This document shows, piece by piece, positions 11,118-20,709 of a stretch of 64,000 nucleotides of DNA; positions within the stretch are counted from its first letter, which is position 1; each line of letters starts with the position of its first letter. Origin of the DNA: Candidatus Latescibacterota bacterium (GTDB taxonomy: Bacteria > Latescibacterota > UBA2968 > SICM01); the NCBI GenBank assembly GCA_965217865.1, contig CBDCJO010000002.1:3200001-3264000 (forward strand), given 5' to 3'. The notes under the pieces are model-generated. The model did not search any database. It was not told where the DNA came from and saw only the letters and a list, made by a program, of their open reading frames with translations. A program made the translations under genes and the position numbers.

Positions 11118-11678
11118 GGCTCCTTTGGTCTGGCGGAAATCCGCCCAGTCGAAGAGTGTAACACACAGGTCGATCACGGTGGCGTCCAGAGATAAGAGCT
11201 TGTTACGAAACCGGAACTTGGTCTTAGGAGTCTGCAGCTGACATTTCTCCAGAAGCTGGTAGAAGACGTTCTCGTAGAGTTCCCACGGACGATGCTTGTT
11301 CGCATACGATAGCGTAGACCTCTTGGGTGCATCCCGGACTCCCAGATGAATCAGCTTGCCCAAACAGCAGGACAGCCCACCGCAGATCTCGCGCAGGGAA
11401 TGGGCCTGCGCCAGCTGGCAGAACAGCATGGCGACGAACTGCTCCCAGCACGTGAATCCCTTCCCGTAACGTTCGGCCTTGTGTTCCCTGACAGCCTTCT
11501 CGAACTCGATTCGAGGAAAACTATTCAACAGTTGACTAAACATACTTGCTGTGCGTACCACGGTGGTCTTGTCTTCCGATGTGCGAGTCGCGGTTGTTTT
11601 GCTTTACACTATCACCATTGATCGCATGCTCGGAGGACTTTTGCTACCAGTTTCTTAAACCGATTTTGGACAGGTGTG
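11118..11678 (-). mobile_element. IS4-family element, left end plus DUF4372 transposase N-terminus, truncated
   Basis: FSQLL..FTCWEQFVAMLFCQL..SLREI..RSTLSYAN..LDATVIDLC. End CACACCTGTCCAAAA. Confidence 0.88.
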
Positions 11679-11692
11679 TATTTTAATAACTA

Positions 11693-12769
11693 ATGAAGTT
11701 CACTGTGAAAAGGATTCACGAGCGTCAGCAGAATTATGAAAGGAGCTTTGCGCCAGATATGCTGCATGAATCTTTGCCAAATGCATTAGAGCAGCTCGAT
11801 CCTAAGAAGGTGGAACGATTGTTAAGTCTACGAACATGCTCTAGGCTTATCAGGATTTCGGTTCTTCCCACTGATGCAAGCAAGTGGGGAGTATCGGGAG
11901 CAAGATTTCGGCGATTTGGTCTGGTGTGGAGCAAAAAGTCGTCGAATCTCCCAAGGGATGTTCTTCTCAAGGAGAATGCGGCTGCAAGGGATGTAAATGT
12001 TTCCTCAGTCATCGCATCCTGTGATAGTAACCTAGCACCAACGGTGTGGGCATGGTGGGCTGGTGATAAGAAGAGATGGATCCTGATGGATCGATTACGT
12101 GCTGCTCCCCTGGGACCATTGTGGGATGGGAGGGAGTTCGGGCTGCTACTGGATGCAATGATAAGACTTCATTGTCCTAAACTCGCTTGGGTACGTTCAA
12201 ATTTCCCGTACGACCTCCCCGAGGTTACCTATGAATGGGCTTCAGATCAGGTGGAGAAGTCAATTCGAATAGCAAACAGGGAATGTGGCCCAGAAATAGT
12301 TTCTGTGCTACGCAGGATTTATCAGTCTCTTAATTCGCTTATGATGATTCTCAAGAACTCGATTCCCTGGACTTTGCTTCACGGTGATTGCCATTTGGGA
12401 AACGCCGGTTGCCGGTGGAAACGTACCGATAATAAGGCACAGCTGTTCGATTGGTCCTTGGCCTTATGGGGGCCTTGTCTATGGGATCTAAGCTACTTCA
12501 TGGCATGCGTCCAAGGAGAAAAGGGAAGAGCGGGATTGTCACGACTTGCATATAGGTATTTTCAACGTTTCAGGAAGCGGATGAATGTCAATATGGACTA
12601 CAAGGAATTCACGATGTTACTTGATGCATCCACACTTCTTATGTTCGGTGCTGGACTACATTTGGTCGGATGGGCTTTGAACAAGTCGAAGGAATCATCT
12701 TTCCTGGACGCGCAGGTGAGTTTGGCAAATCTTGCTCTGGGACGCCTACAACTAAGTCAAGTTGATTGA
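11693..12769 (+). CDS. Aminoglycoside/choline-kinase-like phosphotransferase
   Basis: LLHGDCHLGN (Brenner motif), LFDWS and WDLSYF. Confidence 0.75.
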   Translation: MKFTVKRIHERQQNYERSFAPDMLHESLPNALEQLDPKKVERLLSLRTCSRLIRISVLPTDASKWGVSGARFRRFGLVWSKKSSNLPRDVLLKENAAARDVNVSSVIASCDSNLAPTVWAWWAGDKKRWILMDRLRAAPLGPLWDGREFGLLLDAMIRLHCPKLAWVRSNFPYDLPEVTYEWASDQVEKSIRIANRECGPEIVSVLRRIYQSLNSLMMILKNSIPWTLLHGDCHLGNAGCRWKRTDNKAQLFDWSLALWGPCLWDLSYFMACVQGEKGRAGLSRLAYRYFQRFRKRMNVNMDYKEFTMLLDASTLLMFGAGLHLVGWALNKSKESSFLDAQVSLANLALGRLQLSQVD

Positions 12770-12878
12770 ACGACCCGGCTTGCAACAGAAAGCGGGCATC
12801 ATGGGCCGTTCTCACCTGCTTGAGGAGAGCATCAAGGAAGCTCGGAAGGTTCTGACCGAGCATTACGAGTACCTCCAC

Positions 12879-14295
12879 GGGAAGCCATCGACGAGGAGTG
12901 GGTACGCACCCCGGACCAGCCATGGGTGCTTGTTGGCACACAGGATCAGCTTCTCTCTCGCGCTCTGAATCGCGGTTACGCGATGAACAGGTTCGAATGG
13001 CCAGTTCATTTCGGAGTTTTGAACCAGGATTGCCGCTGGATCGTCGACGAGATTCAGCTGATGGGCCCTGGACTATGGACCACGGCACAGCTGGATTGGA
13101 TGCGGCGGAAGAGGTTCTTCGCGATCAAGCGGTGTTCCACTACATGGATGAGTGCCACCGTTGGCACCAGATTTCTGGCAACCACCGACCGCAAGAAGGA
13201 CGGGCTCGACTCATTCCACTCCCTTCGATCCGCGCCTCGAGGAGGATAGCAACGAGGAGATCCAGCAACGTCGTGCTGCCCGACGCCGAATAGCATGGTT
13301 TGAGCCGAAATCGGGCAAGAAGGCAGATCCAATCCACCAACAGCTGGCCTCCGAGGTTGTGGCCCGTCACGCGGATGGCGCGCTGTCACTTGTCGTCTGC
13401 AACACAGTCGACTTCGCACAAAAAGTCTTCCAGATATTGCCAGATTTTTTGCCGAAGATCCTTCTCACATCGCGCTTCCGCCGCTGCGACCGTAGTGCTG
13501 CGGAGAAGCAGCTGATCGACTTCGAGACGCGGCGGAGCCGGGCAACTCGTGACGATCGTGTCTCAAACGGAAGGATGCAGGACGACCCCGGCCTGATCTG
13601 TGTCAGCACGCAGGTCGTCGAGGCTGGCGTCGATATCTCGGCGCACCGGCTGTGGTCGGAACTCGCGCCCTGGCCGTCCATCGTTCAGCGCCTCGGTCGC
13701 TTAAATCGCGACGGACGTGACAACCCAAGCGAGAAGAGTGATGGTGCGCGCGCCTTCTTTTGGAAGACGCCAAAGAGCAGTGTGAGAAAGAGTGAAGGAG
13801 ACGAGTATCTCGGTCCCTACCGCAAGAACGAGGTCGATGGCGCAGCCAAACTCTTGTCTGCACTCATCGTGCCGTCCTTAAAGAAGACGTTTACCGACGC
13901 ACTGAGTGCGCTGGAAAAGACCCAGGGCAAGTCACTGCGAGAGGCCCTTGAACCGTGTCCGTGCCCGTTGCCCCGTGCCCTTGATGTGCACGGTCTGTTC
14001 TCCACGGAACGCGATGTTCACGGTGGCTTCACCGATGTGAGTACGTTCGTTCGCGATGCTGATCCCGATGCTGATCTGACCGTCTTCTGGCGAACGTGGA
14101 CCGGGCGCCGTCCTCCCTCTGCCGACGCGCTGGATGGGCCCGTCCTGGATCCGAATGCCGAAGGGTGCGCTGTCGCGTTCCACCGAGTTGCTGAGCACCT
14201 CAAGGCGCGACGCGCACACGCGTGGCTCTGGAACGACGAACAAGCGCGATGGGACTTCTGTACCGCTGCCGACCTTCGGCCGGGAATGTCCATCA
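12879..14295 (+). pseudogene. cas3: Type I-G (I-U) Cas3 helicase, internal fragment with frameshift near 13220
   Basis: VGTQDQLLSRALNRGY..WPVHFGVLN.D..WIVDEIQLM, MSAT, VVCNTV, STQVVEAGVDIS, APWPSIVQRLGRLNR. Confidence 0.85.
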
Positions 14296-15005
14296 TGCAT
14301 GGCTCGTGCGTTTGCTACAAGGAGGAAGAATTTGGGAAACTGTTTTTCGCACTCAAGAGTTCCTCGAATGCTATGGAATCCCCTGCGGGAAAACCGGTAT
14401 CCTGTCTAAGATAGTAAGTGATTGAGAACCAATGGAGTTATAACTCTGGGCTTAGACAACTTCATGCGAGCGAAAAATCGAGATTGCTTCATCCGCATAT
14501 TCAGCCAGAAACCGAGGAGCTATTTCAAGGATATCTTTCCCAAATCACTCACTTGGAAAGGAATTGCCCAATCTTGTTTGATGATTTCGGCGGAATACCT
14601 GTATTCTCCTTGAATAACGTCGATTCCATACGTGCGTTTTTTCGTGGCCTCTGTGAAATCGTCACGTGAGGCGGACGAGAGGTGTAGGAGATACGTTTTC
14701 AACAAACCAGTCCCGTGCATCAAGGAAGAGGCTAACACCCAGGACTTCGACAGATAGGTCGGGCTTGATTAGACTATGTCACTTCATAGTGTTATCACTG
14801 AGATCGCTTTCTAGACGAAGAATTGTCCAGTCACTGTGGCAAACAGCGTGTGACCTGCGATGGAAAGTATACGAATGTGACCTGTCGAACTACGATTTCA
14901 TTTGTTCTATATCCTTAGCGAAACACGATTGAGAAACTGGGGAAGATGCCAAGTGGAAAACACCATTTGCAGCATGCAACGCAAGATTGACGATGATCGC
15001 TTGGA

Positions 15006-16343
15006 ATGCAAGAGAAACGGACCAAGGGGGAAACGGTGATTCTGATAATTCGAGGTGGTTCAGGAGTTGGGAAGACGAGGACCGCACAGGAATTGGCCAG
15101 TCGTCATAGACCGTCTATACATCTTGTGGTTGATGAACTCCATCACTGGATAACTGATCGGACCCTCAACGACGACCAAGTTGCCCTTTCCGTAATGTCC
15201 GCAGGGAGTGTAGCGCGTGTATTTGCGAACAGGGGTTATACTGTATGCATTGATTTCGTTTTCGTCAGAGCATGGGAAGTCGACGAATTTCTTCAGGGGC
15301 TCGGTGCCGTAAACACGGACATATATCTTTTTACCCTGACGGCGCAACTTGATATTCTCAGGGCTCGTGATAGAAAGCGTTGTGAAGAAGATATTATGGG
15401 TGATCGCGTTGAAGAATTATACCGGGAATTTCAAAATTCAGATGAATCTAGAGGATATCCGATAGACAGTTCGAAGTTGGAAGTCGGTGGAGTTGTTAGA
15501 GAGATCGAAGATGCGATTTCTAATGGCAAGGGGCGAATCAAACAATCGACCGTAAGGGTAGACAACGGAAAGGACTGGGCAGAGGCGGCTGTTCATAACC
15601 GGCGAGCGTGGGATTCGTACCGTCGTCAAAGGGAGGAGGGTTTGGTCAACAATTGGCGTTCCCCAGTGGAGGAGATTAGGAAGGGGGCAAGTTATGTGGA
15701 GGAAAAGTGGATCGATCTGGTGGGTAGCGTAAGCGGGAAGAAGCTCCTAGATCTAGGCTGCGGCGACGGAGGAGAAACTTGCTGCTGGGCCCGTTTAGGA
15801 GCAAGTGTAGTAGGGGTCGACAACTCACCGATGCAACTGAAAGCTGCGAAGAGAGCTGCTATGGAACTCGGTGTTAAGTGCGATTTCGTTTTGGCTGATA
15901 TCTTGAATTTGCCTGAAGAGTTATTAAATCATGAGTTTGATGTTGTGTTTACGGCATGGGTGGCCGCCTGGATTGGGGATTTGCGAGCTTGGTTTCACAA
16001 CGTGTACAAGGCGCTCAATTGGGAGGGACGGTTTCTGTTTGTTTGGACCCACCCGGTTACAAGGATTGCTGCCGAGCTACTTATGGACGACTCTACTCGA
16101 GCCAGCTATTTCGACGAGGGGGTGTTCATTCGAAAACAGGAGGAGGAGCGCAGTACGGGGAACCCTGCAGGTGATGATTTTACGACGTATCAGTGGTGTC
16201 ATACGCTGGAAAGCGTTCTAAAAGCAATGAAAGACGTAGGATTTCGTTCCGTTGAGATGGTTGAATCTGATGCAAGCTCGCCAGAATGTAAAGAACTAAA
16301 AGGCATGCCTACGGATGTGGTAATTCTCGCCAGGAAACACTGA
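15006..16343 (+). CDS. P-loop (AAA_33-like) kinase fused to class I SAM methyltransferase
   Basis: GGSGVGKT Walker A at the N-terminus. LLDLGCGDG, VVGVDNS and FDVVF in the C-terminal half. Confidence 0.8.
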   Translation: MQEKRTKGETVILIIRGGSGVGKTRTAQELASRHRPSIHLVVDELHHWITDRTLNDDQVALSVMSAGSVARVFANRGYTVCIDFVFVRAWEVDEFLQGLGAVNTDIYLFTLTAQLDILRARDRKRCEEDIMGDRVEELYREFQNSDESRGYPIDSSKLEVGGVVREIEDAISNGKGRIKQSTVRVDNGKDWAEAAVHNRRAWDSYRRQREEGLVNNWRSPVEEIRKGASYVEEKWIDLVGSVSGKKLLDLGCGDGGETCCWARLGASVVGVDNSPMQLKAAKRAAMELGVKCDFVLADILNLPEELLNHEFDVVFTAWVAAWIGDLRAWFHNVYKALNWEGRFLFVWTHPVTRIAAELLMDDSTRASYFDEGVFIRKQEEERSTGNPAGDDFTTYQWCHTLESVLKAMKDVGFRSVEMVESDASSPECKELKGMPTDVVILARKH

Positions 16344-16415
16344 TTCAATTGTGAATCCTAACGATCTGTGGAGCAATGCGGTTTGGTGTGAATTGGTGAG
16401 ACGTCGTCGGCCTAG

Positions 16416-17942
16416 CAGCCTGTTGAAAAAGTGCGTTTATGCCAAGATGACTGTTGTCTTTCCTTGTGGTTTGGTCCTATGATATATCAGGTTCAAACTG
16501 AGAAGGGAGGACGAGCAAATGGCAATGGGAAAACGAGGACGACAGAGACAGGAAAACCTGTTCATCGCATCGAACACTTTGGTGAAATCTCCGGGTCATC
16601 CGTTCTACGAGAAGCTGAATCAGGTATTGGGGGCGAACGGCTTCGACGAGTTCGTCGAAGGGCTTTGCCAGCGGTATTACGCTCCTCATATGGGTCGCAA
16701 GGGCATTCCGCCCGGGGTTTATTTTCGGATGCTTTTGATTGGGTATTTCGAGGGACTTGATTCGGAACGTGGGATCGAATGGCGTGTATCTGACTCGCTG
16801 ACGTTGCGCCGGTTTTTGGGGTATGCCCTTGACGAACAGACCCCGGATCATTCCAGCCTGTCTCGCATCCGGCATCGGCTTCCCTTGGAAGTTCACGAAG
16901 CGGTTTTCAAGTGGATCCTGAGGGTCTTGTGCAAAGCGGGTCTGGTGAAGGGGAAGACGTTGGGCGTGGATGCTACGACACTGGAGGCCAACGCCGCGAT
17001 GCGCAGCATTGTACGCCGTGACACGGGTGAAGGCTACCAGGCATTCCTTGAGAATCTGGCCAAGGCCTCGGGCATTGAAACGCCTACCCGCGAGGACTTG
17101 TCCAAGATCGATAAGAAGCGACCGAAGAAGGGATCGAACCAGGACTGGGAGCACCCGCACGACCCGGATGCCAAGATCGCTAAGATGAAGGACGGTCGCA
17201 CGCACATGGCGCACAAGGTGGAGCACGCGGTGGATCTGGACACCAATGCCATTGTGGCAGTGGCGTTGTCGGGAGCAGATGAAGGAGATACCGAGTCGTT
17301 GTCCTGGACGCTGCTCGAGGCGCCGCTCAATCTCAAGCAGGTCGCGAAGGACGAAAAAGCTGCCAAACGTTTGCACAGACAGCGTATACGGGAGGTGGTT
17401 GCGGACAAAGGATATCATAGCAACGATGTATTGACCAGTCTGAAGCAAGGCGGCATCCGGAGTTACATTTCAGAACCGGATCGGGGACGCCGCAAGTGGA
17501 ACGGCCGACGAGATGAGCAGGCCGCGGTATATGCGAATCGACGCCGGATCAAGGGAGATCGCGGCAAGGCCTTGCGCCGAAGTCGTGCAGAACGGGTGGA
17601 AAGAACCATCGCTCACACATATGATACCGGTGGCATGCGCAGGTTGCACTTGAGAGACCGCGGCAATATCCTCAAGCGTTTGCTGATCCACATCGGGGGC
17701 TGCAACCTGGCTCTGCTCATGCGCAAAGTGATGGGCGTAGGTACTCCGAAGGCCCTCCAGGACCTGGCCAAGGCCTTGCAGCGTCTACTGCTCGTCCTAC
17801 AATCACGCTTTGCTGCCCTCGGTCACCTTTTTAACCTCTTATCAGCGTCTCCTGCTCAATCTCCTTACCTTGATTTATCCGACCCGCACTCCAGGCGTCT
17901 TTTCCGTTTATGTGTGTTGAAAGGTAGTTCTTCAACGGGCTG
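16416..17942 (+). mobile_element. IS1182/IS5-like element copy 1, TSD CTAG
   Basis: IRs CAGCCTGTTGAA / TTCAACGGGCTG. CTAG at 16412-16415 and 17943-17946. Confidence 0.92.
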
Positions 17943-17946
17943 CTAG
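16519..17946 (+). CDS. IS1182-family DDE transposase
   Basis: DUF772-type PDHSSLSRIR, VDAT, VADKGY, ERVERTIAH. Confidence 0.9.
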   Translation: MAMGKRGRQRQENLFIASNTLVKSPGHPFYEKLNQVLGANGFDEFVEGLCQRYYAPHMGRKGIPPGVYFRMLLIGYFEGLDSERGIEWRVSDSLTLRRFLGYALDEQTPDHSSLSRIRHRLPLEVHEAVFKWILRVLCKAGLVKGKTLGVDATTLEANAAMRSIVRRDTGEGYQAFLENLAKASGIETPTREDLSKIDKKRPKKGSNQDWEHPHDPDAKIAKMKDGRTHMAHKVEHAVDLDTNAIVAVALSGADEGDTESLSWTLLEAPLNLKQVAKDEKAAKRLHRQRIREVVADKGYHSNDVLTSLKQGGIRSYISEPDRGRRKWNGRRDEQAAVYANRRRIKGDRGKALRRSRAERVERTIAHTYDTGGMRRLHLRDRGNILKRLLIHIGGCNLALLMRKVMGVGTPKALQDLAKALQRLLLVLQSRFAALGHLFNLLSASPAQSPYLDLSDPHSRRLFRLCVLKGSSSTGC

Positions 17947-17978
17947 CTCTGATTGGCCGGAATGTCGGACCTTATAGA

Positions 17979-18670
17979 GTGGGTGAGCTAATGGAGGCTT
18001 CCAATAGACGAGACGGTCTCTTGAAAATTGCACCTGGATTGTTTGGTTATGATCGGGAGATTGTAAAGATCTTGCGCTGGCTAGATGCGTTCTTCGATTC
18101 AGTAGGCGATGCCATAAATGCTCGCGAGATTCTCTTTCCAAGTTTGATCTCTCTATCCACGCTCAACAAGATCGGGTACGTTGACAGTTTTTCGGATACA
18201 CTAATTTACCCTTCCTGTTATTTGCCCATATGTAAGGACATTGTGAAAAAAAAGGAAGGATTGAAGGATGTCGCGTTGACCCCAGCCGCATGCTTTCACA
18301 TATACCCGATGTATGCCAATAATTCGTTTGATGATTTGGAAAACGCGATAGTAACGACACAGGGAAAAGTATTTCGCTATGAGACTAGGCCACGATCGAA
18401 ATGGAGACTTTATGAATTTACCGTTAGGGAGTTTGTGTTTATCGGAAACTTGACATTTGTCACTAGAATGGTCGAGGCATTTAAGTCGGTCAGTCAAGAG
18501 TTCGCTATGCAAGTTGGATTACCTGTTGTTATAGAGTCTGCAACAGATCCGTTTTTCCTTCTACTTGATAATAAACAGGCTGTTCGAAAAGCTCAAATTC
18601 CATCACCTTCAAAATGGGAAATGAGCTATAGGAGCCACGATCAGCATAATATAGCTCTTGGATCTTCTTC
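17979..18670 (+). pseudogene. Class II SerRS-like amino acid:[carrier protein] ligase homolog, C-terminally truncated
   Basis: LTPAACFHIYP, VFRYE (motif 2), RLYEFTVREFVFIG, ATDPFF. Ends at IALGS before motif 3. Confidence 0.7.
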
Positions 18671-18781
18671 GGCGGCAAAATACTGCCCAACTGGGATATT
18701 GACCCTCTCCCGAACATGCATTTGTTAACCAATCTGCAGTTCTTCATAGGTAGATTCATGATCGTCCTCCAAAACCCGGGC

Positions 18782-18887
18782 TCCCCCCGGTGTTCGAGCG
18801 CAACCGTGGGGTTGCGTCCGCTTGAGCAGAGATATCTCCTCCGGATTCTCTGATTCTCTGTTTTTCGCGTCGGCCTTGTTTAACAGC
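18782..18887. repeat. Repeat B inverted copy
   Basis: Reverse complement of 5593-5698. Confidence 0.9.
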
Positions 18888-19147
18888 ATGGTTCGACGTT
18901 TCGGAAGGTCCTCCAGCAAGTATTCACAGGAAGCCGGACCCGGTGGGTCCGGTCACCAGCTTAGGGCAGTTCACCGGACAGCGGAAGCGGCCATGCGCCC
19001 GGAGCCCGAAATTGGCTACACGGGATTTAAGAGTTGACCGGATACGCCAATTCTCATATATTTTCCGCAGTGTTCGTTTTGTTTCCCTTGAAGAGAGATT
19101 GGTCGAAGACGGCGCACTGTGTCAAATTGTGACATAAGGACTGCAGC

Positions 19148-19846
19148 ATGGACACGCGCGGCACCAGCGAATTTTCCGAGTTGATGACCCGTGCCGGGTT
19201 GGGCATTGAAGAGGCCGCCGGGTTGCTGGGCGTCAATGCCAGGACTGTGCGACGCTACATCAATGGCGAGAGGAAACGTATTGACAGGCTTAAGATCGAC
19301 AAGCTACGAGAGGTTGCCAACGCGCGCTGCCCTGCAGACCGGTCGGAGGGTTTTCGATTTATCGATTTGTTTGCCGGGATCGGCGGACTGCGCCGACCGT
19401 TCGAGGAAATTGGCGGGAGCTGCGTGTTTACGTCAGAGTGGGATCGATTCTGCAAGGATACCTACACCGCAAACTTTCCAGAACCAACTGACAGCGAGCA
19501 CGAGTTTGTCGGCGACATACGACCGTATGCGGCCAAGCCCGAGACCGTACCCTCACACGATGTTTTACTGGCAGGATTTCCGTGCCAACCGTTTTCGATA
19601 GCGGGAGTATCGAAAAAGAACGCACTTGGCCATCCTCATGGATTTCTGTGCGATACACAGGGAACGCTGTTTTACGACCTGGTGAAGATTATCGACTATC
19701 ACCAGACGCCGGCCTTTCTTCTTGAAAATGTCAAGAATCTTGAACGGCACGATAGCGGTCGAACCTTTGCGACAATTATGCACGTCCTTGAAGACGAACT
19801 GGGCTACAGTGTCAGCACACGTGTCGTGAATTCTTCCCAGACGTAG
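19148..19846 (+). pseudogene. dcm: HTH-fused C5 DNA cytosine methyltransferase, truncated after motif VII
   Basis: FIDLFAGIGG, GFPCQPFS, ENVKNL. Motifs VIII-X are absent. Confidence 0.88.
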
Positions 19847-20078
19847 AAGCTCGATCTTGCAAGTAAAGTTCGAGTGACAATTGTTGGGGCGAATTGATCT
19901 TGTTCTGGCAGGAAACGACACTGCTTCCGAGTGGTTCGGGCTTGAGATTCAAGCCGTGTACTTTTCGGGGATCGGTATGCATGCCGACTTCGAACGTCTA
20001 CAGAACGATGATGGCTGTCTTCCCCCCGAACCCACAGCGGTCCGGCGCCCCGACTGGCGTTCCTCAAGTGCAAAGCGG
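19847..20078 (+). pseudogene. NotI-family restriction endonuclease fragment
   Basis: GRIDLVL...LEIQAVYFSG..M...RRPDWRSSSAKR. Confidence 0.7.
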
Positions 20079-20180
20079 TGCATGGGCAATCTGCTTTGCG
20101 CAGGGTTGTTCCTCCGATTTCGATCGATTCCCTCCCCGTGCGGGAATATAGCCGTTTGGCCGGAAGCCGTCAACCAGGGA

Positions 20181-20375
20181 GACTTCAGACCCGAGCGATC
20201 AGAAGCGTGGTGTCTCATGCCTGTTGACACACGTTCCGGTCGCGGCCCGTTGGATGACATCGAGCTCCGCCCCGGCCTTTTCAGGGTCTCCAAAAACTCC
20301 AGAAATCGCCCCGACTTCGCCGTCTCGCCGACCTGAAGCCAGTGACAAAAAGCCGTCTTGCTGATTCCCGCTACC
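20181..20375. repeat. Repeat A inverted copy
   Basis: Reverse complement of 494-709 with small indels. Confidence 0.85.
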
Positions 20376-20709
20376 CTTGCAGGCGTCCCTGACTGCAAAT
20401 TCCCCCCAGCTGGGGAAATTCGAATCCCAAAAACGGCTCCTAAGGCCCGATCGCCCGAAGGCGCATCCAACAAAACCCCCCGGAGTCGGAGATGATTACA
20501 CCGTGCCCATTCCTGTCGGTGTGTGCGCCTTCCAGAGCGAAGGCCGAGGGGATCCCGGCGCCGTTGACCAGGCGGTCAGGCTTAACGGCTCCAAGTTCAC
20601 AGGAGAACACTCCGAAGTCCAACTGACTTATCCATCCGAAATGTGACCGGAAGTGGGAGAGTTCCTCCGACGGAATGTTGGAGAGAATGCCCGTTTTGTA
20701 GCCTTCATA

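Noticed and set aside
12700-14500. CRISPR array near the Cas3 fragment
   Set aside because: No regularly spaced 25-40 bp direct repeats were seen here or elsewhere in the window.
16350-16411. TCCTAAC after the kinase-methyltransferase as attC R''
   Set aside because: No palindromic arm follows it.
16477-17448. 323-aa antisense ORF repeated in IS1182 copies (also 6983-8200 and 33536-34915)
   Set aside because: These are shadow ORFs opposite GC-rich genes. Recurrence only reflects IS identity.
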